Counted from the whole stretch's first letter, positions 51,530 to 59,029 are shown. The stretch is 63,447 nucleotides of DNA, filler included, from Anaerolineae bacterium (GCA_041082215.1; 10 parts of 10 records of this genome joined end to end with filler, not necessarily neighbours in it), one strand, 5' to 3'. Numbers and translations: made by a program. The notes: generated by a model from the sequence alone, not told the origin.

Positions 51530-52141
51530 CTAGTCCTGCTCCTCCTGTGTGGGGAAACGGTAATGGGGGACGGATCCCCAATACTGAGGGGGCCAGTAGC
51601 AGAGCCAGGCCTTGCCAACGAAGTTGTCCGCAGGCAACGGCCCCCAGGAATGGGAGTCGTTGGAATTGGCGCGGTTATCCCCCAGCACGAAGTACTCGTC
51701 GGGACCCAGTTGCCAGGAGCCGTTGTAGGGGATGGGGGAAGCCACGTAGGGTTCGTCCAGCCGGTAGCCGTTGATCCAGACAGCGCCGTCGCGGATCTCC
51801 ACCCGCTCCCCCGGCAGGCCGACGATGCGCTTGATGTAGTCCTCGCCGGTCCCGTTGGGCGGTTCGAAGACGACGATGTCGCCCCGTGCTGGCTGCGCCA
51901 GCCGGTAGCTGATCTTGCTCACAATCAGGTACTGCCCGTTGTGAAGCGAGGGTTCCATGCTCGACCCACGGACCTGGAAGCGACCGGTGAGCAGATTGAT
52001 GACGAAGTAGATGAGCAGGGTCAGAACAATGGTCTCGATCAGGTCCCTCAGCAGGGACTGCCCACCGAAAGCCCGGGAAAGGGAGACCTCTTGAGGTTCC
52101 TCGTCAAACTCTGGCTGGTCGGACGGAGTGTGAAGTTCCAA
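51530..52141 (-). CDS. lepB: Signal peptidase I
   Basis: GSSMEPSL, RGDIVVF, YIKRIVGLPG, FVLGDNR.NS.DS. Confidence 0.95.
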   Translation of the reverse strand: MELHTPSDQPEFDEEPQEVSLSRAFGGQSLLRDLIETIVLTLLIYFVINLLTGRFQVRGSSMEPSLHNGQYLIVSKISYRLAQPARGDIVVFEPPNGTGEDYIKRIVGLPGERVEIRDGAVWINGYRLDEPYVASPIPYNGSWQLGPDEYFVLGDNRANSNDSHSWGPLPADNFVGKAWLCYWPPQYWGSVPHYRFPTQEEQD

Positions 52142-52177
52142 AGGGGAGACCCTCCCAGATAAGGTTGCCGTTATCCG

Positions 52178-52612
52178 TCAGATCGGAAAGGGCACACGTT
52201 TTCGTTCCTTTTGCTGCCGCTCCCGGTTGGCCTGCGCCGCTCCCCGAAAGGCCTCCAGGTCGTGGATGACGTTCCGGCCTGGCACCTCCAGCGGCAGAGG
52301 GATCAACTGACGGAGGCGGTCCAGATTCGCCGCCGTCACCGGGGCCTCCCGGTAGGCCAGCCCTTCCGCCGTGTTCGCCGCCACCAGCGCCCAGGTCCAC
52401 TCATCCCTCAGCCGGTCCGCCCGCAGATGGTAGTGCTTCCGGTCCCACACCTGGGCCGAGCGCATCACATCCTCATAAACCGTCCGGAGCACCATCCCGA
52501 CCACGGAGAGCAGATCCCGGGCCAGCTCCTGATCGTCCAGCACCGTGGGCAGGTGAACCAGCAGGATTTCGGCTACGATGCGCAGGTGCTTCTTTCGGTC
52601 AGCGACGGTCAT
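52178..52612 (-). CDS. Hypothetical protein
   Basis: 144-aa ORF with RBS GAGG between degV and lepB; S...WD.K.Y..RADRLR.EW motif. Confidence 0.7.
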   Translation of the reverse strand: MTVADRKKHLRIVAEILLVHLPTVLDDQELARDLLSVVGMVLRTVYEDVMRSAQVWDRKHYHLRADRLRDEWTWALVAANTAEGLAYREAPVTAANLDRLRQLIPLPLEVPGRNVIHDLEAFRGAAQANRERQQKERKRVPFPI

Positions 52613-52648
52613 ACCTGCCTCAGCAATTCCTTATTTTCCTGCAGGATT

Positions 52649-53497
52649 TCACTCCCCCACGTAGTAGGCCAGCCCCAGCGCCCCCGGGCCGGCATGGACC
52701 CCCAGCACGGGCGCGACCATCTCGATATAGACCTCGACGCAGCGGAACCGGGCGAGCAGTTCCTCCTTTACCCGCTGGGCCTCTTCGATTGCGCCGGTGT
52801 GAAGGACCGCCACATGCAGGGGGGCATCCCCCACCCGTTCCGCCAGCTCGCTCAACATCCGATGGATCGCTTTAGCCCGGGTACGGGCCTGTCCGACGAT
52901 GCCCACCTCATTCCCCCGCACACGGACCAGCGGCTTGACCCGGAGCAGGTTATCCACCATACGGGCCGCCCAGGCCAGCCGCCCGCCACGGACGGCATAC
53001 TCCAGCGATTCCACCGTGGCGATCAGATCGATCCTGGGGATCACAGCCCGAACCCGCCGGACGACCTCAGCCAGCGATGCCCCCGCCTCAGCCGCCCGCG
53101 CCGCTACCAGGACGGCAAACCCCTGCGCCATCGAGATGGTCCCGGAATCCAGGACCTCGATGGGAAAGGGGGCCAGCTCCCGTGCCGCTGACTGCGCCGC
53201 GCTGAAAACGCCGCTGTAACGACCCGTCAGATGGACGGATACGATCGCCTCCGCCTTCTCCTGGATCCGGCGGTAGAACTCCAGGAACTCCCCCAGCGAG
53301 GGCTGAGAAGTCCCCACCCGCCTGACCCGCTCTCCCAGCCGCCGGAAGAACTCCAGCGGCTGAATCTCCACCCCATCCCGATAGGACTGATCCTCGATTT
53401 GAACCCACAGGGGGATCACTTCGATCCCATACCGCTCCACCAGCGGCCCGGGGAGGTTGGCTCCCGAATCGGTCGCAACGGCTACCTTTCTCTTCAT
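52649..53497 (-). CDS. DegV family fatty-acid-binding protein
   Basis: ATDS, TSQPS, H....SG....A, DS..IS, RGGRL, KPL, VHAGPG.LG. Confidence 0.94.
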   Translation of the reverse strand: MKRKVAVATDSGANLPGPLVERYGIEVIPLWVQIEDQSYRDGVEIQPLEFFRRLGERVRRVGTSQPSLGEFLEFYRRIQEKAEAIVSVHLTGRYSGVFSAAQSAARELAPFPIEVLDSGTISMAQGFAVLVAARAAEAGASLAEVVRRVRAVIPRIDLIATVESLEYAVRGGRLAWAARMVDNLLRVKPLVRVRGNEVGIVGQARTRAKAIHRMLSELAERVGDAPLHVAVLHTGAIEEAQRVKEELLARFRCVEVYIEMVAPVLGVHAGPGALGLAYYVGE

Positions 53498-53520
53498 CCC
53501 TATTTTCCTTTCTTGACCCA

Positions 53521-53566
53521 ATCTTAGCATAGTTCGGCTGTGCGTCAAGTCCACCTGTGGTATAAT
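53521..53566. promoter_or_regulatory. Overlapping divergent promoters (degV operon / GNAT gene)
   Basis: Minus strand TTGACG-N16-TAAGAT (53548-53521); plus strand TGgTATAAT (53558-53566). Confidence 0.55.
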
Positions 53567-53577
53567 ATGTGACCACT

Positions 53578-53711
53578 ATGAGCCATTTCAAGCTCCGCCT
53601 GATGGCTCCAACGGACGCTGACGAGGTCCGTTTCCTGGACCAGGCGGCCTTCGGCGACTGGATGTATCGCCGTAGGTACAACGAACCCATGCCCCAGCGC
53701 ACCCGCGCCAA
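53578..53711 (+). CDS. N-terminal fragment of a probable GNAT-family protein
   Basis: LRLM.P.D..EV..LD..AF pattern; cut by the contig end. Confidence 0.45.
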
Positions 53712-53811
53712 NNNNNNNNNNNNNNNNNNNNNNNNNNNNNNNNNNNNNNNNNNNNTTAATTAATTAANNNNNNNNNNNNNNNNNNNNNNNNNNNNNNNNN
53801 NNNNNNNNNNN
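53712..53811. other. Artificial contig linker
   Basis: N44-TTAATTAATTAA-N44. Confidence 0.98.
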
Positions 53812-53860
53812 CCCTCTCCCACAAGCGGGAGAGGGGGAGGGGCAGGGGAGGGGGTGAGGG
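53812..53860. repeat. CCCTCTCCC..GGGAGAGGG..GGGGTGAGGG REP-like repeat at contig end
   Basis: Same style as 24209-24267, 26478-26520 and 59079-59144. Confidence 0.65.
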
Positions 53861-54070
53861 TCACCGCGTCAACGTCAGTTTGAACTCGTCCCCCACCGCC
53901 TCTACCTGCACCTTCAGGCCGGCCCGTTCAGCCGCCCGGCGCACGTTCTCGCGGGAGGTGACGGTATCCACCAGGACCTCAATGGGAAACTGCCCCTCCC
54001 CCATCGCCTGCCGGGTGAGGATGACCGGCTGGGGGCAGGATAGGCCCCGCGCATCCACAACTTTGGCCAT
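53861..54070 (-). CDS. TusA/SirA/YedF-family sulfur(selenium)-carrier protein
   Basis: VDARGLSCPQPV motif, 69 aa; RBS GGAGGT; directly downstream of the YedE gene. Confidence 0.93.
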   Translation of the reverse strand: MAKVVDARGLSCPQPVILTRQAMGEGQFPIEVLVDTVTSRENVRRAAERAGLKVQVEAVGDEFKLTLTR

Positions 54071-54112
54071 CTTTACACCTCCGATAGTGCGCTTGGTAAA
54101 ACCCAGCACGAT

Positions 54113-54139
54113 GTAGCGCAAGATTGAATCTTGCGCTAC
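54113..54139. repeat. Perfect GTAG-type palindrome overlapping the YedE stop codon
   Basis: GTAGCGCAAGATT-g-AATCTTGCGCTAC (13-bp arms). Confidence 0.85.
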
Positions 54140-55251
54140 GACCGCTCGCGCATGGTGAAGCCCAGCACGATGCAGAAGACCAGTCCAATAATGACGGCGG
54201 CCTGTCCGTAGGGACCGGGTCCGCCCACTGTGAGCACGCCCTCGGCCAGTTTGTCGGGGACGCCAGCCAGGGCCCAGTTGTGGGCAAAGCCCGCGCCGAA
54301 GATCATCCCCAGGACGAAGAGGCCGGCGTCGCCGTCCCCCTCACCGGAGAGGAAGAGCTGACGGCCCGGGCAGCCGCCCGCCAGGAGGAAGGCCAGCCCG
54401 GCCAGCGCCATCCCCAGGAAGTTCCAGATGTGGCTGGAATGGGCGACCGGCTGGGCGACGAAGCCCGGATTGAACTGCCCCAGGACCAGATTGGTGATCA
54501 GGGCGACCACGAAGAGCGCGCCGACACCGGTGATGAGGTGAGTATCCCCCATCAGAATGACGTCCCGCCAGGCGCCCATCGTGCAGAAGCGGGTGCGCTG
54601 GGCCAGAAAGCCGATGAGCAGCCCCACACCCAGGGAGATGAGGACAGGGGCATGCTTGGAACCGGGGCCCTCTACGCTGAAGAAGATGGGGCCTTCGGGC
54701 GCGAACTGGGGGCGGAAGAGGAGGAGGAGCAGGAGGCCCAGCATGATGGCGGGCATGATCCAGCCAACGGGGGCCGGTGCCGGGCGGCTGCGGCCCAGGG
54801 AGTAGCCCCGCTTCAGGAAGAAGACGCCCAGGGCAATGCCGGCGACCAGCCCGGCGGTGCCCACCAGGCCGTTCAGGTCACCGCCCGCCAGCCGCAGGAG
54901 CGCCCGCCACGGGCAGCCCAGAAAGACCAGGGCGCCGATCATGGCGAACATCCCCAGCAGGAAGCGGACGATGGGGGCGGAACCGGCGCGGGGCTTGAAC
55001 TCCCGGAAGAGGAGGGCGGCGATGGTGGAGCCGAGGACGAAGGCGATGATCTCCGGGCGGATGTACTGGACGAGGGCTGCCCGATGCAGCCCCAGCGCCC
55101 CGGCGATGTCCCGCTCGAAGCAGGCCACGCAGATGCCCATATTGGTGGGGTTGCCGGCTTTCTGCAGAAGCGGGGCCAGCAGGCCGATGACTGCCCCGGC
55201 CAGGAGGATACCCCAGCGCGAGGCAAAGAAACGGGTGAGACGCTCAGACAT
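54136..55251 (-). CDS. yedE: YedE-family putative selenium transporter (YeeE/YedE superfamily)
   Basis: GNP.NMGICVACF.RDIAGALGLH, QYIRPEI, LVFLGCP.R, AQRTRFC, GGCPGRQL; multiple TMs; RBS AAGGAGG. Confidence 0.9.
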   Translation of the reverse strand: MSERLTRFFASRWGILLAGAVIGLLAPLLQKAGNPTNMGICVACFERDIAGALGLHRAALVQYIRPEIIAFVLGSTIAALLFREFKPRAGSAPIVRFLLGMFAMIGALVFLGCPWRALLRLAGGDLNGLVGTAGLVAGIALGVFFLKRGYSLGRSRPAPAPVGWIMPAIMLGLLLLLLFRPQFAPEGPIFFSVEGPGSKHAPVLISLGVGLLIGFLAQRTRFCTMGAWRDVILMGDTHLITGVGALFVVALITNLVLGQFNPGFVAQPVAHSSHIWNFLGMALAGLAFLLAGGCPGRQLFLSGEGDGDAGLFVLGMIFGAGFAHNWALAGVPDKLAEGVLTVGGPGPYGQAAVIIGLVFCIVLGFTMRERS

Positions 55252-55320
55252 CGTTACGTACCTCCTTATCGTTGGATTTTCCACGCGCCGGGCCGATGCC
55301 CGGACACGGCGTGGGCAACG

Positions 55321-55351
55321 AAAAACCGCCGCCAGCACACGCCGACGGCGG
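55321..55351 (-). terminator. Intrinsic terminator (attenuator 3:4 helix) in the yedE leader
   Basis: Minus strand CCGCCGTCGGC-gtgt-GCTGGCGGCGG-TTTTT, 11 bp with 2 G-U pairs, about 70 nt upstream of the yedE start. Confidence 0.85.
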
Positions 55352-55377
55352 ATGGGAGGTACATGCCCCGCTTCGCT

Positions 55378-55485
55378 TCAGGGCGCGGCCTCACCGCCGC
55401 CCCCCGACGTGTGCCAGACGACCCACGGGCACCGCCCGGTGCCCCAGGCCCCACCTCAGGTGCGGCGGTGGCGCAACCCGAACAT
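55378..55485 (-). CDS. Putative selenocysteine-containing leader peptide (MFGLRHRRT-U-GGAWGTGRCPWVVWHTSGGGGEAAP)
   Basis: RBS AAGGAG 55498-55493, ATG 55485, in-frame TGA at codon 10 (55458-55456), frame stays open to TGA 55380-55378. Confidence 0.65.
55420..55450 (-). promoter_or_regulatory. Bacterial SECIS-like hairpin
   Basis: GGGCACC-GGGC-GGTGCCC (55444-55427) starts exactly 11 nt 3' of the UGA; G-initiated 4-nt apical loop; weaker lower stem ggcct/gggtc. Confidence 0.65.
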
Positions 55486-55542
55486 CGGTCTACTCCTTGC
55501 CTTCGCGGTAATTCGCTCGCTGCAGGTGTGCAACTGATGCTA

Positions 55543-55571
55543 ATTATACTCTAATCTGCATCATTTGACCA
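55543..55571 (-). promoter_or_regulatory. Sigma70 promoter of the leader-yedE-tusA transcript
   Basis: TGGTCA-N17-TATAAT on the minus strand. Confidence 0.65.
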
Positions 55572-55588
55572 GTCCGTGAAGTTCGCAG

Positions 55589-55781
55589 GGGCGTATTTCA
55601 ATTTCGGGGCGAGTGGTCCTCCCGCCCGCCGGTGGATCGCAAATCCCACGAATGGCCCGAATACAGCGAATTAGGAGGGATACCTGCTCCATTCGCGGTA
55701 TTCGTTTCTATTCGCGCCATTCGTGTTTCCCCAGGTCTGGCCCGGGCCAGAGACATCTCGCCCCCAAACCGAAATACACCT
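55589..55781. mobile_element. MITE copy 2 (inverted relative to copy 1)
   Basis: GGGCGTATTTCA ... GAAATACACCT; flanked by direct repeat AGTTCGCAG (55580-55588 and 55783-55791). Confidence 0.88.
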
Positions 55782-55854
55782 GAGTTCGCAGATAGATATC
55801 CCCCTGGCATGTCCGGGGATCGCGAACCCCGCGAGCCAGGCGAATAAGGGCCTA

Positions 55855-56973
55855 TTATTCGCCACCCTTCGGCGTTACCCCTGTTTTGAGGCCGCTGCCG
55901 GTGAGGATCACCACGACCGTTCCACCCAGCTCTCCCTCGGCCCGCAGTCGGGTCAGCGCGGCCACCGCCAGGGCGGAGGTCGGCTCGACGTAGAAGCCCC
56001 GATAGGCCAGCCGGCGCTGTGCGGGCAGAATGTCCACCTCTGGCACCGCCAGGAGCCGACCCCCGCTCCTCCGCACCGCCTCCAGCACCGCCCGGCCCCG
56101 CACAGGTGCGGCGATCCGCACCCCCTCGGCTATCGTCTCCCCCTCCTCGATAGATGCCGGCTCTTCTTTCCCTTTCTCCCAGGCGGTCGCCAGCGGCGCG
56201 CACGGTGCCGCCTGCACGCCGAAGAGACGGGGCAGGTGGGCGATGCACCCTGCTGCCATCAACTCCGCCCATCCCCGCGCCAGCCCCAGAAGCAGGGAGC
56301 CGTGCCCCACCGGCAGGACGATGGCGTCCGGCACGTGGGGAGGAGGGAGCTGCTCGTAAAGCTCGAAGGCCACCGTCTTCATCCCGTGGTGGATCAGGGG
56401 GTGGTAGACATGGCTGGCATACGCCGCCCCACGATACGCTGCCTCCAGTACCGCCCGCGCTGCCTCGGTCCGCGGCCCGGGCACGGGGACCACCTGCGCT
56501 CCGTATGCCGCGATCTGAGCCTGCTTGGCCGGTGAGGCGTGGGCAGGGACGTAGACCGTAGCACGGATGCCCGCCCGGGCGGCATAAGCGGCCAGGCTCG
56601 ACCCCGCGTTGCCCGACGAGTCCTCCACCACCTCCTCCACGCCCGCTGCCGCCAGCGCCGTCATCAATACCGCTGTGCCCCGGTCCTTGAACGAACCGGT
56701 GGGATTGAGGAACTCGCACTTGAAGAGGACCGGCAGCCCCTCCCACTCCGCCGCCACCAGGGGGGTCATCCCCTCCCCCAGCGTGACCGGCGTCGCTCCT
56801 TCTGGCAGCGGGAAGGCGTGTCGGTACCGCCACAGCGTCAGATCGGCCCCTTCTACCCGAGCCGGATCGTAGACGGGCGGCTCTTCGATCTCCAGAACCC
56901 CGCCACAGTCGCACCGGAACCGGATGGGGTCAGGCGGATAGGCCCTTGAACAGCTCGAACAGCTCAGGCGCAC
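55855..56973 (-). CDS. thrC: Threonine synthase-like PLP enzyme
   Basis: N-terminal CxxC..CxC, TLGEGMTPL, NPTGSFKDRG, DSSGNAG, PVGHG, VEPTSA, LTGSGLK. Confidence 0.85.
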   Translation of the reverse strand: MRLSCSSCSRAYPPDPIRFRCDCGGVLEIEEPPVYDPARVEGADLTLWRYRHAFPLPEGATPVTLGEGMTPLVAAEWEGLPVLFKCEFLNPTGSFKDRGTAVLMTALAAAGVEEVVEDSSGNAGSSLAAYAARAGIRATVYVPAHASPAKQAQIAAYGAQVVPVPGPRTEAARAVLEAAYRGAAYASHVYHPLIHHGMKTVAFELYEQLPPPHVPDAIVLPVGHGSLLLGLARGWAELMAAGCIAHLPRLFGVQAAPCAPLATAWEKGKEEPASIEEGETIAEGVRIAAPVRGRAVLEAVRRSGGRLLAVPEVDILPAQRRLAYRGFYVEPTSALAVAALTRLRAEGELGGTVVVILTGSGLKTGVTPKGGE

Positions 56974-57001
56974 TTTCCCTCTCCCCCCGATGATAGGGGA
57001 G

Positions 57002-57030
57002 ATAATACCATCGAACAGGAGAGCAGGCAA
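57002..57030 (-). promoter_or_regulatory. Sigma70 promoter for thrC
   Basis: TTGCCT-N17-TATTAT with extended TGn (minus strand). Confidence 0.6.
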
Positions 57031-57048
57031 CCCGGCTGTCCGGGCAGG

Positions 57049-57861
57049 TCAACCCCGCCGCACCAGCCACACTGCTTCCCCCTTCTGCCCGCGCCCCCGC
57101 TCCAGGTCGGTCATCCATAACTTCAAGGGGCGATCCCCGGACCAGAAGAAGACCTCCGAGCGGAGCCGGTCGAGCGTACGGGCATCCGGCGCGACGAAGA
57201 GGAGGTGCCCCTCCCCGATTGCATGGCAGGCCTCCCAGCGGGCCTCCCGCTCGGCGGGGGGACGGCTCAGGTCCTCCACCTCCACCGGCAGCTCCTTCCC
57301 CTCCAGCCGGAGGATCAGGTCTGGCCGGAAGGCCGTGTTGCCGGAGGCGGAGAGAGGGCCAGACGGGAACACCACCTCGTAGCCGGCCGCGGCAAGGAGG
57401 TCCGCTGCTGCCCGGACCGGCGGCCGTGGGACGAGCGGATGGGGGGACAGGAGAGCTTCGGTCATCTGAAGTCGCTGCCGCAAGCGTTCTGCTTCCGCCT
57501 CCGCCCGTGCTGCCCGCGCCTCGGCGCTCTTCAGGCGGGCCTCCAATTGGCGCAGCCGGGCCTTCAGCTCGGCCGTCCTGGTGGCCGGTTCCTGCTCCTG
57601 GCGGCCGGCCCGTAGTCTGGGGGCCAGGGCTTTCAGCACCATCTGCGCCACCTGGCGGGGTGTGAGAGCGGCCAGTCCGTCGGGGGATTGGCTGCGGAGC
57701 CGGTCTACCTCTTCCGGGCAGACAGCCTCTGCCAGATGTTCCAGCTCCTGTTGCACCTCTCGCGCCCGATCCTCCGCGGCCTTGCGGAGGCGGGCCTGTG
57801 CCTCCAGGAGGGCCTGGAGCTGGCGGAGGGAGAGTTCCTGGGCTTGCTGTTCAGGGTCCAT
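57049..57861 (-). CDS. Coiled-coil protein with C-terminal PD-(D/E)xK-like domain
   Basis: Heptad-rich N-terminal half; FRPDLIL...LPVEVE motif near the C-terminus. Confidence 0.6.
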   Translation of the reverse strand: MDPEQQAQELSLRQLQALLEAQARLRKAAEDRAREVQQELEHLAEAVCPEEVDRLRSQSPDGLAALTPRQVAQMVLKALAPRLRAGRQEQEPATRTAELKARLRQLEARLKSAEARAARAEAEAERLRQRLQMTEALLSPHPLVPRPPVRAAADLLAAAGYEVVFPSGPLSASGNTAFRPDLILRLEGKELPVEVEDLSRPPAEREARWEACHAIGEGHLLFVAPDARTLDRLRSEVFFWSGDRPLKLWMTDLERGRGQKGEAVWLVRRG

Positions 57862-58387
57862 TCAGCCAGACGCTTCTTTCTACCGTGACTCGCAGCCCTC
57901 GCGCCCGCCGCAGTACCTCCAGCGCGGCGCGGCGGTTTTCTGGCTCCGGTGCGCCTACCCATTGAGCGGCGGCCAGGACTGCCTGATGGTGGGCTTCGGC
58001 GGCGGCCCGGATCTGTTCGGCGAATCCCGTCAGGGCAGGAGGGGGGGTAGAGAAAGCGGCTTCGCGATGGATTGCGATGGCCCGATCTATCAACCCCTCG
58101 ACCTCGTGAACCAGCCCGTAGAGCCGGACCGGATCGGCCCCTCCATCCACGCTCAGCAGAGCAGTGAGGTCCCTATCCACCCTTTCCATCTCCCTCATCC
58201 ATCGGAGCACCATCTGGCGGTATTTTTCTGCTGCATATACGGAGGGGGAGAGGAGCAGAGGACGGCCTGCTCCGTCGCGGGGAGTCAGACGGGCGCCGAG
58301 GAGGTAGCAGAGAGCGAGGGCGGCCCATACGGTTGCCGTCCAGGCCACTACCCGCAGGAAGCGGCGGGAGAGCCGCAGCCGGATCAA
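57851..58387 (-). CDS. Hypothetical protein with N-terminal TM anchor and helical domain
   Basis: Hydrophobic segment followed by TP....GRP.LLSP; overlaps both neighbours. Confidence 0.6.
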   Translation of the reverse strand: MIRLRLSRRFLRVVAWTATVWAALALCYLLGARLTPRDGAGRPLLLSPSVYAAEKYRQMVLRWMREMERVDRDLTALLSVDGGADPVRLYGLVHEVEGLIDRAIAIHREAAFSTPPPALTGFAEQIRAAAEAHHQAVLAAAQWVGAPEPENRRAALEVLRRARGLRVTVERSVWLNGP

Positions 58388-58761
58388 GCCACCGCCTCCA
58401 CAGGAGGGAGTTCTCCCTCAGAAAGGAGTCGGGCGCGGGCTGCTTCCCCCCGCTCCCAGTCAATCTTGTCAATGAAGACGATGTGATCGGCCACGAACTC
58501 ATGGACCGTCTCGTCGTTATCATGCCGTTTCCGCTGGCGGTAGCGGGCCTGGACCATGATCTTGGAGCCGACGCGGAGGTAAGGGTAGCTCAACAGGGCG
58601 ACATCGCCATAGGCGACAACCCGCACGTAGGAGGCATGGTCCTTTCCATCGTCCACGGCCAGGTAAAGACGCAGGAAGGGGAGGTTGGAGGTACCGATCC
58701 GCTGGAAGTGAGGCGGGTGAGTGATGTTGCCAATGAAGCGACAGTCGTTATTCCAGGTCAT
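58384..58761 (-). CDS. ssb: Single-stranded DNA-binding protein (short, no acidic tail)
   Basis: N...FIGNIT..P, LAVD, VVAYG..A......L..GS.I.V.AR...R, EFVA..I.F; RBS GGAGG. Confidence 0.85.
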   Translation of the reverse strand: MTWNNDCRFIGNITHPPHFQRIGTSNLPFLRLYLAVDDGKDHASYVRVVAYGDVALLSYPYLRVGSKIMVQARYRQRKRHDNDETVHEFVADHIVFIDKIDWERGEAARARLLSEGELPPVEAVA

Positions 58762-58992
58762 TGCCCGCCTCCTGGGAAGAGGGTCCATTGGTTGGGTGTG
58801 TTGTGAGCATCGTTGGCCTCCTTGAGGTGTGTTTGGGCTGAAGTCCTGCGCCCGAGACGGGCACAGGGCAGGCAGAGGAAGGGAACTCCCCGATGGGGGC
58901 AGGGAAAAGCGCGGGGCCAATGCCCCGGTGGGCATTGAGCTGAGGTCTCATCGGACAGCTGCGATGAAAACAACAATGGTTTCTGGTGGGAA

Positions 58993-59020
58993 ATTATAGT
59001 GGGCTTTGGCAAAGTGTCAA
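58993..59020 (-). promoter_or_regulatory. Consensus sigma70 promoter for the ssb operon
   Basis: TTGACA-N16-TATAAT on the minus strand. Confidence 0.75.
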
Positions 59021-59029
59021 GTCCTTGTT

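Noticed and set aside
53861..53863. TGA ending the TusA-like gene as a possible Sec codon
   Set aside because: The protein is already full length for the family, and the following sequence is a REP-like repeat at the contig end.
55414..55446. Three Trp codons in the yedE leader ORF suggesting a tryptophan attenuator
   Set aside because: They lie after the in-frame UGA, are not adjacent, fall within the hairpin-forming sequence, and the operon is unrelated to Trp.
55266..55454. ORF-track 62-aa ORF in the yedE leader and the extended 400-aa YedE start at 55338
   Set aside because: Neither has an RBS; the first crosses the terminator and the second begins inside it. The RBS-supported starts are 55485 (leader) and 55251 (yedE).
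55260..55540. Known riboswitch or T-box in the yedE leader
   Set aside because: I could not find SAM-I, Moco, cobalamin, TPP or T-box (AGGGTGGNACC-type) consensus elements by eye. An Rfam scan is still needed to exclude this formally.
55855..56973. thrC as part of the selenium operon
   Set aside because: It is separated from yedE by a hairpin at its stop, a MITE and an independent promoter; no evidence of co-regulation.
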